A DNA stretch of 64,000 nt. It comes from Paecilomyces variotii. Its lineage: Eukaryota. The stretch lies in the NCBI GenBank assembly GCA_004022145.1, contig RCNU01000008.1, one strand, 5' to 3'. Below the pieces are notes generated by a model, which saw nothing but the letters and a program-made list of their open reading frames with translations, had not been told where the DNA came from and did no database searches. Shown here one piece after another: positions 39,358 to 53,417 of this stretch (position 1 is its first letter; each line of letters begins with the position of its first letter). The position numbers were made by a program, and so were the translations under genes.

Positions 39358-40057
39358 TTAGTGTTTTCGTCGGGCAGACTGATCGAGTCGGTGATCCAGG
39401 CTCTCAATCCTAGCGCGGAAGGACTTGACGATTTCTCTGATGTGCCCGATCTTTGCGAGCTCATTCTCCAGTTCATCCATCGAGGCGAGGATCGAACGAG
39501 TGCGGGCGATTTCGGCGTCCGCATCGCGAATGACGTTCCCTGCACGATCATAGCTATTTTGGATGGAAAGCTGCATTTGCTGTTCTAACTGTTCGGGAGT
39601 CAGCCAACGGCTGATTGAAGATAGAGATATGCTTGGATGCCAAATAGAAAGACTGTATCGCTTTTGGAGGCTTGAGAGTCCATGTATGAGCATAGCTCGG
39701 ACATAGTGGAAGGCGATCCCCGTAGCACCCAACCATGAACTCGCCAGGCATTAAGATATCAGAGAGAAAAAAAGTACTCACATAGTCGATCCTGCTTCTA
39801 ATCTGTTCCTGCAGGTTGTCCAGTTGATGCGACAGAGCCCTGAGGCTCATAGGATCCAACAACAATCGACCTTGGCTGCTGGCGGCACTGGTAGCGCGCG
39901 AGCTTGAATTACTATTCCTTCCAGTCCCTCTGCCTCTGGAGACCACACTCCCGGCATGTCCACCCTGTAGCGCAATCTGCTGCTGCTGCCGGAGAATCTG
40001 GATCTCGGAGGAGGTAAGGCCAAGGGAGGTGTCGGGAATCGAGGTTGCGACGGACAT
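39358..40057 (-). CDS. BLOC-1 subunit Cnl1-like coiled-coil protein, 2 exons
   Basis: MSVATSIPDTSLGLTSSEIQILR...GRLLLDP...RIDY|LEQQ...YDRAGNVIRDADAEIAR...ELENELAKIGHIREIVK. Family from recall. Confidence 0.7.
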
Positions 40058-41537
40058 TTGGTTCCCGACAGAGACATGCTCTTACAGCGACGAGATGGAG
40101 GAAGCGCCGGTCAATCCAGATGCAAAGTCCCCAGACAGACTGCAGTTCATGATGACGGCAAAGAACCGCGCGGAGAGACCAGAGTGAGCAAGGTTACAAT
40201 CGGGGTCCGCGCCGGACCAGGATAGCAATCAATGCTAGCTCGTAATGTCACCTCTTTGCGGTGAGGGACCGTGAGGATGGTGAGCAGTCGCGCCGTAGAA
40301 GGGTGTGGTCAACCGAACTGCGCAGAGGGTCTTCCCTGCAAGCAATGAAGTCTTCAGCCGCGGCTTTGCGAACAGACAGTTGATTTACCCGGACGTCTGA
40401 AGTAATAATAATAAGAGGGTGTGGGGAGACTGCTAATGATGGGACGAACAGACGCTTCAGCGACGCAGGAACTGCCGATTAGACTGGTAGCACGAGCGGC
40501 AAAGGGAGAAGCCGGACTCAGAATTAGAAGAGTCGGATCAGGACTTATTGACGATAGGGAGAAAAAAGAGAGAGAGAGAGAGAGATAGAGAGCGAGAAAG
40601 GGAGAGGAGGGAGGCTGGATATTTTCTCTGGGATGAGCGCCTCTTCTCCTTTGCTGCCTCTTTGCGGGCGCGAGAAGATGTGGGGGAGGAGAGAGAGGAA
40701 GATGAGCAGCCTCGACTCCAGACGGGAAGAAGCAAAGACAACTCAAGTAACAATAATAATGCAACTTAGCCGTCATCCTTTTCGAACAGACCGGCCATTG
40801 CGCGGCGAATTGATCCTTATTTGCGTCTATATACGGTCTTAAGCCACTGTCTCTCTCTGTTCTTTCTTCTGCCCTCCATCGTCCACTCTCTGATTTCTCC
40901 CTCTTAACGATCCACCCCCGGAAAAGGTCGCACCTCCACCAGCTTTTTACCTCTCCACGCTGCGGCCAGAAAAGAACCAAAGAGACATATTCCCTCCCTA
41001 TCATATGCCGTATCACATCTCGTGAGCTTGAGAGCGTCTCTTCAGCCAGTGCCGCAAGCCACAGGACCCTTGACCGTTTCGAGGGAGCGCCGTCTGGACG
41101 AGCTCTCATCCTGTCAATCACCACGGATTTCGACGTTCCTTGGGGCTTCTTACTGCCTGGACTCTTCGCGCTGCCCAACCTGTGAGGCTGGAGTACTGCG
41201 AGCTCGACTTCTTTCTCATTGGGTCTCATTGCTCCTGTCACCAACAGCGTCTGCTCGAAAGAAGCTGCTGCTTTCCTGCAGCTGGCGCCCGTCGCAGCCT
41301 GTGAGCGTTGTCCATACCGCCATCCGCGGGTCTAGTCCACCGCAGAAGCTAATCATCGACCCTCGGGCAAAGCAGCAAGCTTCTCCAAGCTTCGTCCTTT
41401 GCGTTCGCCTCTTCGAATACCTCCCCACCACCCGCACAACACCAGCCAAACGGACTATAACCCGCATCGGACAGTGGATTAGACAGACCAGAGGATAACT
41501 ACTGCTTGACAGGTGCACGTCCCCGACGCACGCTAGA

Positions 41538-42416
41538 ATGGCGAAGGACAAAGAACGCTCCATCAACCCCGCACAGGCACAGCGCAAGCTCGAGAAGCAG
41601 AAAGCGCTCAAGAAAAGCAAAGCGGAAGCGCTGGCGCGCCGCAACGAGAAGCTCGCTCGCAGGAATCCAGATCGTATCCAGAGACAGATCGATGACCTCA
41701 AGGCGGTCGAGGAGTCGGGACAGCCGCTACGGCCGCGCGACAAGCAGCTCCTGGAGGAGCTCGAACGCGATCTGCGCGCAGTGAAGAAGGCCCGGGAAGC
41801 TCTGGGAGATAAAGCTCCTACGTTTGGTTCCGGACAGTATAGAAGGGATGGACAGGGCGACAGAACACGCGGAGATGGTGTCCTGGGCAAGAGACGCAGA
41901 GAAGGCGACAACCGATGGAGGCAAGACAGCGACAGCAGCGACACAGATGATAGCGTGCGTCGGATCCCGATGCCTAGAGATACCCCGCCGCCTATTCCTC
42001 GAGAATATCTCCAGCGAAGACGAACGGATGCAAACAAGGAGCCTCTTGGAGAACGAGGGCCGCACCCGCTTCCCGCGAAGCCAGAAACTACCCCAGAGAT
42101 CAAGACCGTCTACGAAGCCGCGCCGGCAATCCGGGACCTGCGGCAAGAGGCTGTCAGCAAGTTTGTCCCGACGGCCGTTCGCATGAAGAAGGACGCCATC
42201 AAAGGGCAAGGAAAGCTCGTCGAGCCCGAAGAAATGGACCGCCTTGAGAAAGCCGGCTACGTGGCTGGTGCCGCGACTGCCTCTCGAGCTACAAGTCAAG
42301 GACGTGATTCTATGTCCGCTGACGTTGACGAAGCAAGACTGGCTGAGGAAGAGGAACGGCTCAAACGAGAACTGGGAGCAGTCCAAGTGGAAGAGGTTAC
42401 AGACGAGGAGCTATGA
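41538..42416 (+). CDS. WW domain-binding protein 11 (WBP11/Saf1-like splicing factor)
   Basis: N-terminal INPAQAQRKLEKQKALKKSK...RNEKLARRNP; later IPMPRDTPPP, YEAAPAIRDL..EAVSKFVP. Confidence 0.85.
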   Translation: MAKDKERSINPAQAQRKLEKQKALKKSKAEALARRNEKLARRNPDRIQRQIDDLKAVEESGQPLRPRDKQLLEELERDLRAVKKAREALGDKAPTFGSGQYRRDGQGDRTRGDGVLGKRRREGDNRWRQDSDSSDTDDSVRRIPMPRDTPPPIPREYLQRRRTDANKEPLGERGPHPLPAKPETTPEIKTVYEAAPAIRDLRQEAVSKFVPTAVRMKKDAIKGQGKLVEPEEMDRLEKAGYVAGAATASRATSQGRDSMSADVDEARLAEEEERLKRELGAVQVEEVTDEEL

Positions 42417-43312
42417 TTCTTTCTCTACTCTATCACCCTGCGCATTTCTATTCTTCTATCATGATGGGCCCGACAAAAGCGTTCAAAACGGTTTGGCTGA
42501 AGAGGGTCTGCTTGCGTTGGGACCACCAAGGGTCTCTATAAACTGGTTAATATGCACTGTACAATATATAGACTAACCAATACATTAACGATGGAATGAC
42601 CAAATGAAATAATACTTGAGAGGACTTGTACAGTTAATATTTACGATGGTGCAGCACAACATTAACTTGTGGTAAGTGATCCATTTGATCGGATATAGAA
42701 AATAGCCTACAACAGAAATATCGGGAGCTTTGTACAGTACTCCAAAGAGATGTCATCGACCTTCGAACACAAACTCCACCCCACCAAAAAGAAAAAAAAA
42801 GAAAAACCCCAGAAAATAACGCCGATAAGAGCAAGTATCCAACCAAGGGAAAACAGAAGCAAAGTAAAACGAGCGCTTGGAATCTGGCAATGATGAGATG
42901 GCGGAGACCTCGGCGGAAAGAAAAAGAAAACGTTAATCGCGCCGCGCCGGTCGAATAAATGCGGGTGTATACAGGCAATGCAAGTATGCTGTGCTCCTTT
43001 CCATGCATGCTGACTGTCCTTCCTGGACCTGAGAATCGAAGATGAACAAAGGAAATGGTTGTAAAAAAGGAGTGACTGGGGTCGGGTAGATAAGTGTAAG
43101 GGAAGCAAGAATATCCAATAGAACCCAAAGTGGAAAGCCCGATCCTGTCACGCCTTGCAATGCCACATTTGGACTCTGGGAAGAATCAAATTATTCCAAG
43201 CCATAACACCAGATTTCCAAGACGAAGGGAAGTAAGGTAAACATCATGAAAATGATTATGGGGGCGTCAGACGAGCCACATAGTAGGGTCGACCAAGTAC
43301 CTCTGGACTCAT

Positions 43313-45574
43313 TTACCGCAGGTTGCGAATGACCTTGTTGCCTCGGGCCAAAAATGGGCTCGGCATCTCGTCCCTCTCTGGATCCCAAGTGGCAGGAGGA
43401 TCTTGTTCAACGATCTTAACAGTCGCAGGGGCCGAAGAGCCTCGAATAACGTGGGAGTCACTGGAACAGCGCTTGACTTCTTCCATGGGGCGACCACCAG
43501 CTCTTGCCTGTGCCAGTTCCACCAATGTTCTGCCGCCCATGTTCCGCTGCATGACAGCCTTGAACATCTCTTCACCACCGGCTCCGTTCGTCTTCGAGGT
43601 CAGTCCCTTCGTAGTGCCCCTGCGAGTAGGGGAGTGGGCATCCGCGGCCAAGTTGGTTGACGATGGGATCTTCGACAGTCGTCGATGAGGAGACCTCGCC
43701 TTTCTTTCCCCAGCCTCATGTCCATGTTGCGAAGGGCCAGCAGCGGAGGCATTGTGGCCAAGTCTGGTGCTTGTCGTAGGGAAGAGAGCAGGCTGTGTGT
43801 TCAACTTCTGCATCATGGCAGCAGTGTTCTGTCGGAGTAGTGGCCGGGAAGGGGCCTTGAATGGGTCTGTCTTGACCTTGGGCCGAGTAGGAGAAGGCAA
43901 GTCAGGAATATCGTCTTCATCATCAGAGTATGCCAGTGTGGGCTCCCACTTGGCCTTCTGTCGCTCAGCTTCTGCAAAAATGTTTCTGGCAGTTCCGGCC
44001 GCTGCAGCGGTGCGGCGCGGTGATAGAGACAAGGAGGCAATGGAGATCGGAGAGGGCTCGGCCATCTGGACATCTACAGGAGACTCAACAGTGGTCTTCG
44101 AGCGACAGAAAGGAGTCCGTGTCTCTTTCTTGACAGCCTTGTTCCCGTTAGTGGGTGACTCTAGCGACAGCTGGCTGATCTCTGTGCTGGAGGGCAAGTC
44201 GGTATCCTCTGATACGCTGGCAGAGGAGCGCGATGATGCTCGTCGACTTCTGCGAAGTGCAGCTTCCTCGCGAGAATTTCCCGCTTTCATCTGCTTTTCC
44301 AACTCAGCAGTAACTTTTTCCTGGACCTCGAACTCGAATCTCTTTCGAAGTTTCTCGAGCTCAATCTGGACTTGACGGTCGATCTCCAGTCTCGCCTTCA
44401 CTTCCCATTCTCGGCGGACAGTGCTCTCTATCTCACTTTTAAACTGGGCCTTCTCTTTCTCGAATTTCGCATACTTTTGCTCTATCTCTTTAATTTTCTG
44501 GACTGCAACCTCCTCCCGCTTCTTCAGAGTGCTTCCAAGACTGACAACTTCCTTCTCTTTTCGCATTAGACGTATTATTGGAAGATTAAGCAGTGCAGCG
44601 GTGTCAGGACGGTGGTCTGGGTTCACACGCAGACAGCTCGCAATGACATTCTTCAATTCCGGAGAATAGAAGTCAGGCAGAGGAGCAAACTTTCCCTCCC
44701 GGATCTTCTGGACCAGCTGGATGTGTGTCTTTGCGTTGAATGGAGGCTGCTTCTGACACAGCTCGTACATAATGCAACCGACGGCCCAGATGTCCGAATG
44801 GAGGGTATACTTTTCCGCAGCGCAGATTTCTGGCGACATGTAGAAAGGAGTTCCGACGTAGGTCGAGGCGAAATCATGAGACTGCATCAGCTTCGACAGA
44901 CCAAAGTCCCCCAGCTTTACAGAGTTGTCGGAGCCCAGGAAGATATTCTCAGGCTTGAGATCACGGTGGAGGATCATGTATTGAGCTTGTTTTCCCTTCA
45001 GACCCGGTGGTTTTGCGGGACCCGGCCCCAGCACGTTCGAACCTACCTCCGGGGGATCTACTCCATAGTGACAACGGTACAACGCAGTAACCAGCTGAGA
45101 GAGAATCCGCCAGACAAATTCCTCTTCCGCGTACTTGTTTGTGGCTTTCAGATTTTTGATGACTTGTCCAAGGTCTCCTCCACCGCAGTACTCCATGTAC
45201 AGGTACAGGTCTTGGGTGGCTTTGAGGTGTTCGCGATGGTAGTATGCAACGATGTTCGGATGGCGAAGCGAGCTCAGGATGTTAAACTCAGCAGTGAGCT
45301 GTTCCCGCTCCTTCTGGGACATCTTGATGTAATTGATCTCCTTGCGACATAGTATCTGCTCCCAGATTAGTATGTATTGCATCTCCTGAGAACTAGCGGC
45401 GGGATCCTTACGAATCCATCGGACTTTCGCTTGACTTTGCGAATGATTCCAAAGGAGCCACTTCCTGCAGAGGAGTCAGCTCCAGGTGAAGAGATACCCT
45501 TGACTGGACCGAAGGGCCATACCGATTCGTTCCAACACCTCATACTTATCAGCCTCTGCCAATGCAATCGCCAT
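43313..45574 (-). CDS. nimA: NIMA G2/M Ser/Thr kinase, 3 exons
   Basis: MAIALAEADKYEVLERIG-SGSFGIIRKV...ILCRKEINY...HRDLKPEN...DFG...YVGTPFYMSPE, coiled coil, C-terminal EMPSPFL. Confidence 0.97.
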
Positions 45575-46220
45575 TATGATATGAAATCAGATCGACCTCT
45601 CAGCGACTATTACCGCGCAGAACAGGATGTAGCCGGGAGAGAAGTGTCGTGTTGAAGTGAGTACTAGCTCATGAACGACTGAATTGCGCCAATGACCCTG
45701 CTATGTTAGTTAAACAATTGGAAGTGCACGTTCTCATGGATATTTGAAACTGTAACCAGGGAAAGAGTATGCGACAGCGTACGAAGAGAACCGAATGTTT
45801 AGTTGAAGCTCTGTTGCTGAGCAACGGCACCGATCATTCCTTACTGTAAAAGGCAGGCGGTAAAAGACCACTGATCACCGGCCGGCGATGGCTTACAGGA
45901 GTTAGGGCGGTTCTCCTAATGCCCGAGTAGTTGATGCTACGGGGATCAGTTGCAAGGTGTGGTTATCTTTTGCAGTTGTTCTCTGTAGCTGTCTGTGTTG
46001 TTAAGCGAATCCCTGTAACTAACTATGCTTTCTGCTGTTCCTACTGGTATGTGCAACCCTTTCGCCACCATTTGGGATGGAGGCGAACTGCGCACGTGAT
46101 CCTTATCGATAAGCGGCACGACTGGCCGAGAGCTCAGAACTCCCCGCATCCCAATCATTCCTTGACCTTTTTTTCTTTCCAAGAGACGGAGTTACGGGGA
46201 TACATAGGTGTACCTTCGAG

Positions 46221-48289
46221 ATGTCCGACAGAGGCCTTCTTCGTAAAGACCAACTCGAGGTCAGTTTGCACAATGAGAAGAAGCTCATCAAAGAGGGGAC
46301 ACTTAAGGACGATAACCCGCTAGATCTGAGCGAGTCCTTCCGCGTCTTATGCGATGCCTGTCGGACAGGGGACTTGAAGGTATGCCAGGAAAAGATCTCA
46401 GAGGGCGTGAACATCAATGCCAGGGACCAGTTCGACTATACGCCTCTGATTTTGGTAAGTCGTTCATGCCCGGGTCCTCCCCGTGTATGTACCATTGGAA
46501 AACGTGGAAACTAACGGGATCAAAGGCGAGTCTTTGTGGCCACTATGAAGTCGCGCAGCTTCTGCTTGACTCTGGAGCATTATGCGAGCGCGATACATTC
46601 CAGGGTGAAAGGTGAGCATCGCATAATTCGATAGGCTTGTCTACTTCCCCACAACTAATCGTATTTTCTGGGATTAGATGTTTATATAACGCGTTGAATG
46701 ACCGCATACGAAATCTCTTGTTGGAATATGACTATTCCAAATCGACCGACCCTCTTCAGCCTTTCGCGGCCCATATTTCTTCACTCCTGACCCGAGAACA
46801 TCCCCAGACGTCCGATATTGTTGTCATGGCGGATGACGAATCTCTTTTCTTACATAAATTCATCCTTGCAGCGCGGTCTCCGTACTTTAAGAGAAAGCTG
46901 GCTGTTGCACCCTCAACTTCGACGTGGAAACTACCGAATAAGATACCCCCACAGGCCTTTGCTGCAGCTATCAAATATCTTTACCTAGGAGAACCGCCGC
47001 GCGAGCTGAGGAGCGGACCCGGCACGGGGTTCACTGAGTCAGAAGTGTTCGCTGGTATAGACAAGGTCGCAAAACACCTGGAAATCCAAGGTCTTGTTGA
47101 CAGTATTGTCGACAGTGGGAACAGAAGACTTGCCAGACAACGGAGATCCGCGGAAGTTGCGAAAGGACGGGATCAACTTGCGACATGGTTCCGCGAGAAT
47201 ATCATTGCAAATAAGATGGTAGTTGAGACAAGAAAGGTCAATGAGGTGAAGTGGGATCGCGACAATGCCATATTTGCCGATGTCTTGCTACGAGCCGATG
47301 AAACGACACCCGATGTAGAGGAGGATGGACTTTCTGCCAGCCAGGAAGATAGCGGCCAGAGTTCGATCCCTGTCGATCCTGGGGCTTCATCAGCAGCTCC
47401 CAATGAGCCTGTCCGGAAACAGAGATCAGTATTATTTCCGGCCCATCGAGCAATGCTTCTCCGCTCAGAGTTCTTTCTCACAATGTTCTCCTCGCCTTTC
47501 CGAGAAGCTCAAGTGACTGAGCATTTGAACATCATTGATATTGACTGCTCACCCGAGGTCCTTGAGATTGTGCTTACTTTCCTATACACGGAAAAGGCGG
47601 ACTTTGGACTTGATGTGGCTGTCGAAGTTCTATTCGCCGCTGATCTTCTCTTCATCGAAAAGTTGAAAGCCAAAGCTGCGGTTGTCATTAGTTCGCTAGG
47701 AAGCGGCAACCTTTCCCAGGCTGAAGCAGCCAAGACGCGTGAAGCTGGGGAAGAAGAGATCGATATTTATGACATTATCCGCGCTGCTTGGCTCACCCGT
47801 GTTCAGAGACTGGAGGAGTTTGGAGCCCGTTACCTGGCGTACAGGCTCGAAGCACATGTCGACTCCCCTGAATTTGCTGAGCTGATAAAGGAATCTGCCA
47901 ATCGTATCCAAAAGAGACAAGAGACTGATTCCATCGAGCTGCTCGACGATATTCGGTTCTACTTGAGCGAGCGGTTCAGGTTAAGATTCGATGATGCTGG
48001 GCTCGAAGAGATGATGGAAGAAGAGACAGAGAAGGAAATCGAAAACGCGAATGCTGTGAGTGAAGGTATCAAGGATATCACCAACGGAGTTGATCAACTT
48101 GGCGTTGAGGCTGCGCCAGCAGCTCAAGCAGAACAGCAGAAACACACGCATCCACATGAACATGTCCCTGTTATAAGAACTCTAGATGGCCAGATTGCGG
48201 GAGACGAGTTCGATAGTGATGCAATCAACTACCAGATTCTCCTGGATAAACTGGACAAGCTGTTGGAGAGACTGGGCCTGGACGCTTAA
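46221..48289 (+). CDS. Ankyrin-repeat and double BTB/POZ protein (Btb3/ABTB1-like cullin-3 adaptor), 3 exons
   Basis: ACRTGD...NARDQFDYTPLILASLCGH...RCLYNAL; LHKFILAARSPYF; PAHRAMLLRSEFF. Confidence 0.92.
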
Positions 48290-51200
48290 GACCCTTGGAC
48301 TTCACAGCAAGCGGCGACTAGGGACTATGTCTCTTCGTCTATAGGACATGTCAGCTATGCGCTCGAAATCCGTCCATGAATGGCCCCAATCTTTTCTGGT
48401 GGCCATTCTACAATTTGACGGTGCTTAGACGGTGAGACCGTTCCATAGAGCATCGTCTAGCGATAACCGCCATAGATATATGAGGTGACGTTTGATAACC
48501 ATGACCTCCCCTATATATAAGGATTGTTCATCTTGGATAGAATGGTATATAAATTTGTATATAAATTTGAAACACGTTTATATATATATTTCTCTTGGGC
48601 ACTATGCTATATTTTCTCGTCGTTGACATTCATTACCGTGTGCAGTATTCACTATCTGGGACTCAAATAGCGATCTATGTCACATTGCGCACTACACTCG
48701 AGACGAGCGTAAGAGTCGAAATGGCCTCCACATGCACGAAACCCACAACATTCTTTTACGGCGTTGGCATCGAAGCGCTCATGGTGCGGGCATGGGCCGC
48801 AATATTGTGTAGCATCTTAAGAGATGCATTTGGGATCTATCCATACCCTGACCCCGTGCTGTGTAGGAAGCAGCCAGAGCGAAGCGATGTCCACCACGCA
48901 CACCCATATGATATGTTTGGAGCGAGGGGTCTGTAGCTGTGTCTACCCCAAACAGGATCTAATGCACACTATGTACCAGGCGTGGATGTTTGCCCAATCT
49001 TCGGTAATGTATTATTACGATAGCAACCGTCTCCTTCTAGGTGACTGCAACCCAAGACACAGAATTATAGATGCATCCTCAACCGGCCCGAGATGATCCT
49101 GACCATACTCCACGTGGGGCTCCAGCAGCTACATTATTATTATCTACCAGAGTCTCGTAAGTTGCAACCCTCAATCCATCCGAAGGAGTAACAGCAAGCG
49201 AGAGAGATCATATTGGGCTCCACTACGAGGAAAAGCATTGGGGCGAGACTGCTCCGGAAGTTCAATACTACTGTTGTCACATATGGTATGTTCTCGCTAT
49301 GAGGCGTGGCGCTTAGCAGCCAACGATTCGGTCCTTGGAAAAGCGGAGTTCGCAAGCCACACGAAAGATCGGAGGATGAGCCTGACTTGTGCATCTCTCC
49401 GCAACGATCTTGGGCACTCTCCACGCCACAGTCGATAGTCCCGGGCAATCTTTCGGCTTTCCGGTGGGTTAACAGCTCTCTACTCCCTACAGAAGGCGCT
49501 TGATCCATGGTTGATATGGTACTCAGTGAAATAATTACTCGGTTAAGTAAGGAAACCAGGGCCCGAGACGAACAGGGAATGTTATTGATTTCGGAACTCG
49601 GGGCTTGCTACAAAAAAAAAATCTTTTCCACCATGGGAGATCTCCCGGTCTACCCCGGCCAACAAGTGACCCAGTACGACTAGGTAATTTGAGGGGGCAG
49701 ATCGATCCAGTCATTTCTTCCTGTTCCCATTTCTAAGCATCCGCCAGCCCCGGTTTCTGTGTGGATGGAACTTGCCATGTGGCTCTGGGTACTACAACAC
49801 GCTCGCTTCCAACTGAGAAGCAGCCTAGTCGCCAATTTGCCCCCAGATGGGGTCCAAAGGCGCTGAGAGGACGGACGATGGAGGGGCAACGACTGAAAAC
49901 CAACCTCCAGCACATGAACCTGTCAGCGTCCCATTTACGCTGCATATCCAAGGCATGCTCCTGGTTTTGGGGTCCGACTATACCTTGCATCGAAGAAAGG
50001 ATAACCATCCTTTCAATCTACCGGTTTCAGTCCTTCGGTCTTTTCTGTGAGACATTGCAATAAGATATACTCCGAGTGTCATGCATATCCTATGGCACAT
50101 TATTGAATGCGCTATCAATAGCAGACATATCCTAGCGATGATTTTTCCGGATCTCCACCCGCCTGGGCCGTGCACTGAGCCACGATATCCCTCTGTCTAT
50201 GACGGGTTGACCATGCTTTACAACCGGGAATTGCGCGTGGTTGAGTATACTCTGGTAGAATCCGATGATCCTGAGCTAGGATCCAGATGTGGGATCTGGA
50301 ATGTTCCAACACGCGTCCTGTTAGCGTGCCAGGAATGCCCCGGAAAAGGTCTCCTGATTCTGCCTTAGATACCGAACTCGGTACAAAGCCCAGGAGGGAC
50401 AAAATAATAATAATACATACCATAATATAGCCTACTATTATTATCCATGGACACGCAGAGAGGTCAGAATGGAACCGGGACTATCTAACTATGATCACCG
50501 CCATGACGGAACTTTCAACTAGCTTCGAACAGACCATCTCTTTCATTGGCGGAAGAAGCGACGCTTTCAGTTATAGCCGAGAATAGCTAAATCAAGGAAG
50601 AGAGATCATGATCTCCGACCAGCCCCAGAAATAGGAGCAGCTCTCACTTTGACTGGTGTATTATCATCGTCCGGCAGCCCCGTATAAGTCAGCAACGAAA
50701 CAAAAGTTTCAGACTTAAGCGAGATAGGGTGGCCGGTGGCGCCTGAGCACGTCCTTGCGTTCGTCTTAGCGCCGTGAATCTCTCTCTTCTTCTTTTAAAG
50801 CCCTCTCGGCATCAGCCAGTCGGAGTTGCCGTCGATGCATATCTGACTTGTCTTTTATGAGACAAGGAGCAAACCTTAAGTTTCATTGCTCTCTTCCTTG
50901 AGCTCACCACTTCGCGGGCCAACCGACAGTTGCGCCGAAAGGGGCAAAACACCATGCAGCGCCTTTCCCTGGCCCCGTCAGATGTTACCGATTGATACTC
51001 GAAGATCATTAGACGTCTCATGTGGTTTTCTCGCTATGTCGTGGATAATCCATAACGAAACATAGGCGTAAGGCGTAACTACTAACTACACAAGGTATTG
51101 TTAGAAAAAACGTCCACTATGATCTGCTTGGCAGTTCGTAGTACTCCTATACGACATATACGACAGCCGAACAGAAAAGGAAAAGGCAAGAGAAAAAACG

Positions 51201-52336
51201 CACCAAGTTAACTTTCGATTAAGAGCCTCAGCACGAGCCCTTGCGGGTAACTATTAACTAACAACAGTTACACTTGAAGCTGCCTCCGTTGAATTCTGTT
51301 TTCAGTGGGGGGTTTTTTATCGGTGGGTTTGCTCCGCTTTAGTAGTATCATGTATGTAACTATAGCGTCGGGACTCCGGGTTTGTGTACTTCCTAACTCC
51401 CCGTATCATTACTACTATCCACGAGCACGAAAAGTTTAGAGTAGATAGATACCTTTCTAACTATTCACAACTATTAGTTAACTACTACTGTAACAGCTTC
51501 AATAATACTACGGATATTGGTTATTGTGGCGTCTTGCACTGTTCCGGCGATATTGCTTGATATGGATCTTTGGTACAATGGTATTTCATACGGTGATTGA
51601 TTGATTGATACCGGCAATGGTCGAGATGGGGAGCTCCGTGGTTTCTTTTTTTGTCTTCGATAGCGAGGTTTCAAGTTATGTGGGATGCTAAGCATAACGT
51701 TGAGGGGGAAAATGATGGGCGCTATGACGGCGGAGGTGGCTAACCTACGACATACCTAGTCTACGAGGCACAATAAAGGGGGGTAAAATTGAGGAAGAGA
51801 AAGATTGGTATGGGAAGGAACGCTTGCGCATTCGTTCTATTGTTGTTGGTTGTTCTTGTTCAATAATGTGGCCGTCTCTCCGTACGTACTCATACATGTA
51901 GCTTTCAAATGCTGATCCGGCAACTTCGGGGATGCAGCTTGTTCCAAACAAAAAAAAAAAAGGAAAACAAGACATACACATAGAATAATAACAAAACATG
52001 GAAGAAAGGAAGAATTCCTCGAAACAAAAAGGTATATCGTGAGACCGAAAAAAATGTAATAATAATAACAAACTGCTCCTGAACCGACAAGTTTCCGCGG
52101 AAATGATTTCCGAAACCGGGGGTATTTGTCCTTTTTATGAAACCGATTCTCTCAGAAAAAAAAAACTCAAAACCATGACTTTTGCGCCTGTGACCTCCTT
52201 CCCGGAAATGTGAAATATGGAGAGAATTCCCCATAAAAAAAAGCCTATGTACAGCTAGTGCAGTGCTAGCGTTCGTTCGAAGTGAAATGATATCGAAGTC
52301 GACTTTTTTTGCCCGTGAACCAGCAGACGGTTGACT

Positions 52337-53417
52337 TCATACCATAGCTGTAGGCATTGGACGGCCACTGTGGCATCCTCTTTCGTGACGCTTCATATTG
52401 CTGCGCACGCTGAATGCTTTGCCGCAACCAACGTGAGTGCAGCGGAACGGCTTCTCTCCAGTGTGGCTGTGAGAGTGGATTCGCAGACTGGATGGTCGTG
52501 AGAACGCCTTGTGGCACGTTCTGCAGATGTATCGGTCATGGTTCTGGGGATACGGATCGGAGCTTGATGGTGGGAAGTAGTGATGGTGCTGCCATGCTGG
52601 TGTCACTGGCGAGATCATTTGAGGATGCGTTGAAGAAACCATAGGAGTGACATAGTTCTGGCCATTGTAGTTGCTGGGTGGAGGCGGTCTCTGGTAATAG
52701 GCCGCAGCTGGTGGTACCTCCACGGGCGAACTATACGAACTGTTGCTAGGAGCCGGAGAAGCGTACGGCTGAGCTGAATACCGCGACTGAGATTCCTGAG
52801 AGATCGATCCCCGCTCCGTCGGACTTGGTAGCGTGACATAGGGCTGGTGCCGTTGCTGATATGTCTCAGAAGCACTGGCAGGGCTACCGGCTCTGGCATT
52901 CGAGGGTGTGAACTGCGAACACGTCGACGAAGATGGAGAGTGACCGGTGCTGTGGAATCCAGAGTCCGGACGCAATGGTGGAGTAGGAGGCATGGCCACC
53001 TTCGAGGCATTCCCCGCAATGTGATCAGCTGCGTGGGAGTATGCCCGTTCCCTCTGGAAAGGATTGTCTTGTCTTTGGCGTTCTATAGGATATGGGTTAG
53101 CAAGATAAAAAAAAAGGCTATCTTCCGGAGCCAAAAGTGTAAATCATACTTGCTGCAGGAATTGAGGACCTGTCAGCTCCCTCAAGGAGACTGGAGATAG
53201 ACGGGAGAGAGCATTTTCTCTGGTCCTCGACTGGAGGGGAGAGAGGAGGCTGCGGAGAGCGAGAAACATAGCTCGCGGTCGACGAGGGGAAGTATGAATC
53301 GGAGACTGATCCTTCCCGGTATTGATCGTATGTTCTGACCTGAGAGGTCGAATGACGGTGTGATGAGACTCTAGCAGAGTCGTTCACGTCCCTCGTAACC
53401 AAATTTGCCAGATCCAT
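52337..53417 (-). CDS. mtfA: C2H2 zinc-finger transcription factor MtfA, 2 exons
   Basis: MDLANL...[18 protein letters not shown], intron ~53148-53084, then KRQR...; [54 protein letters not shown]. Confidence 0.88.

Noticed and set aside
40354-42386. Long minus-strand ORFs (296, 295 and 219 aa)
   Set aside because: Shadow frames antisense to WBP11-like or running through GA-repeat leader/promoter DNA; no recognisable domain.
43323-45352. Plus-strand ORFs opposite nimA
   Set aside because: Antisense shadows of a conserved kinase gene.
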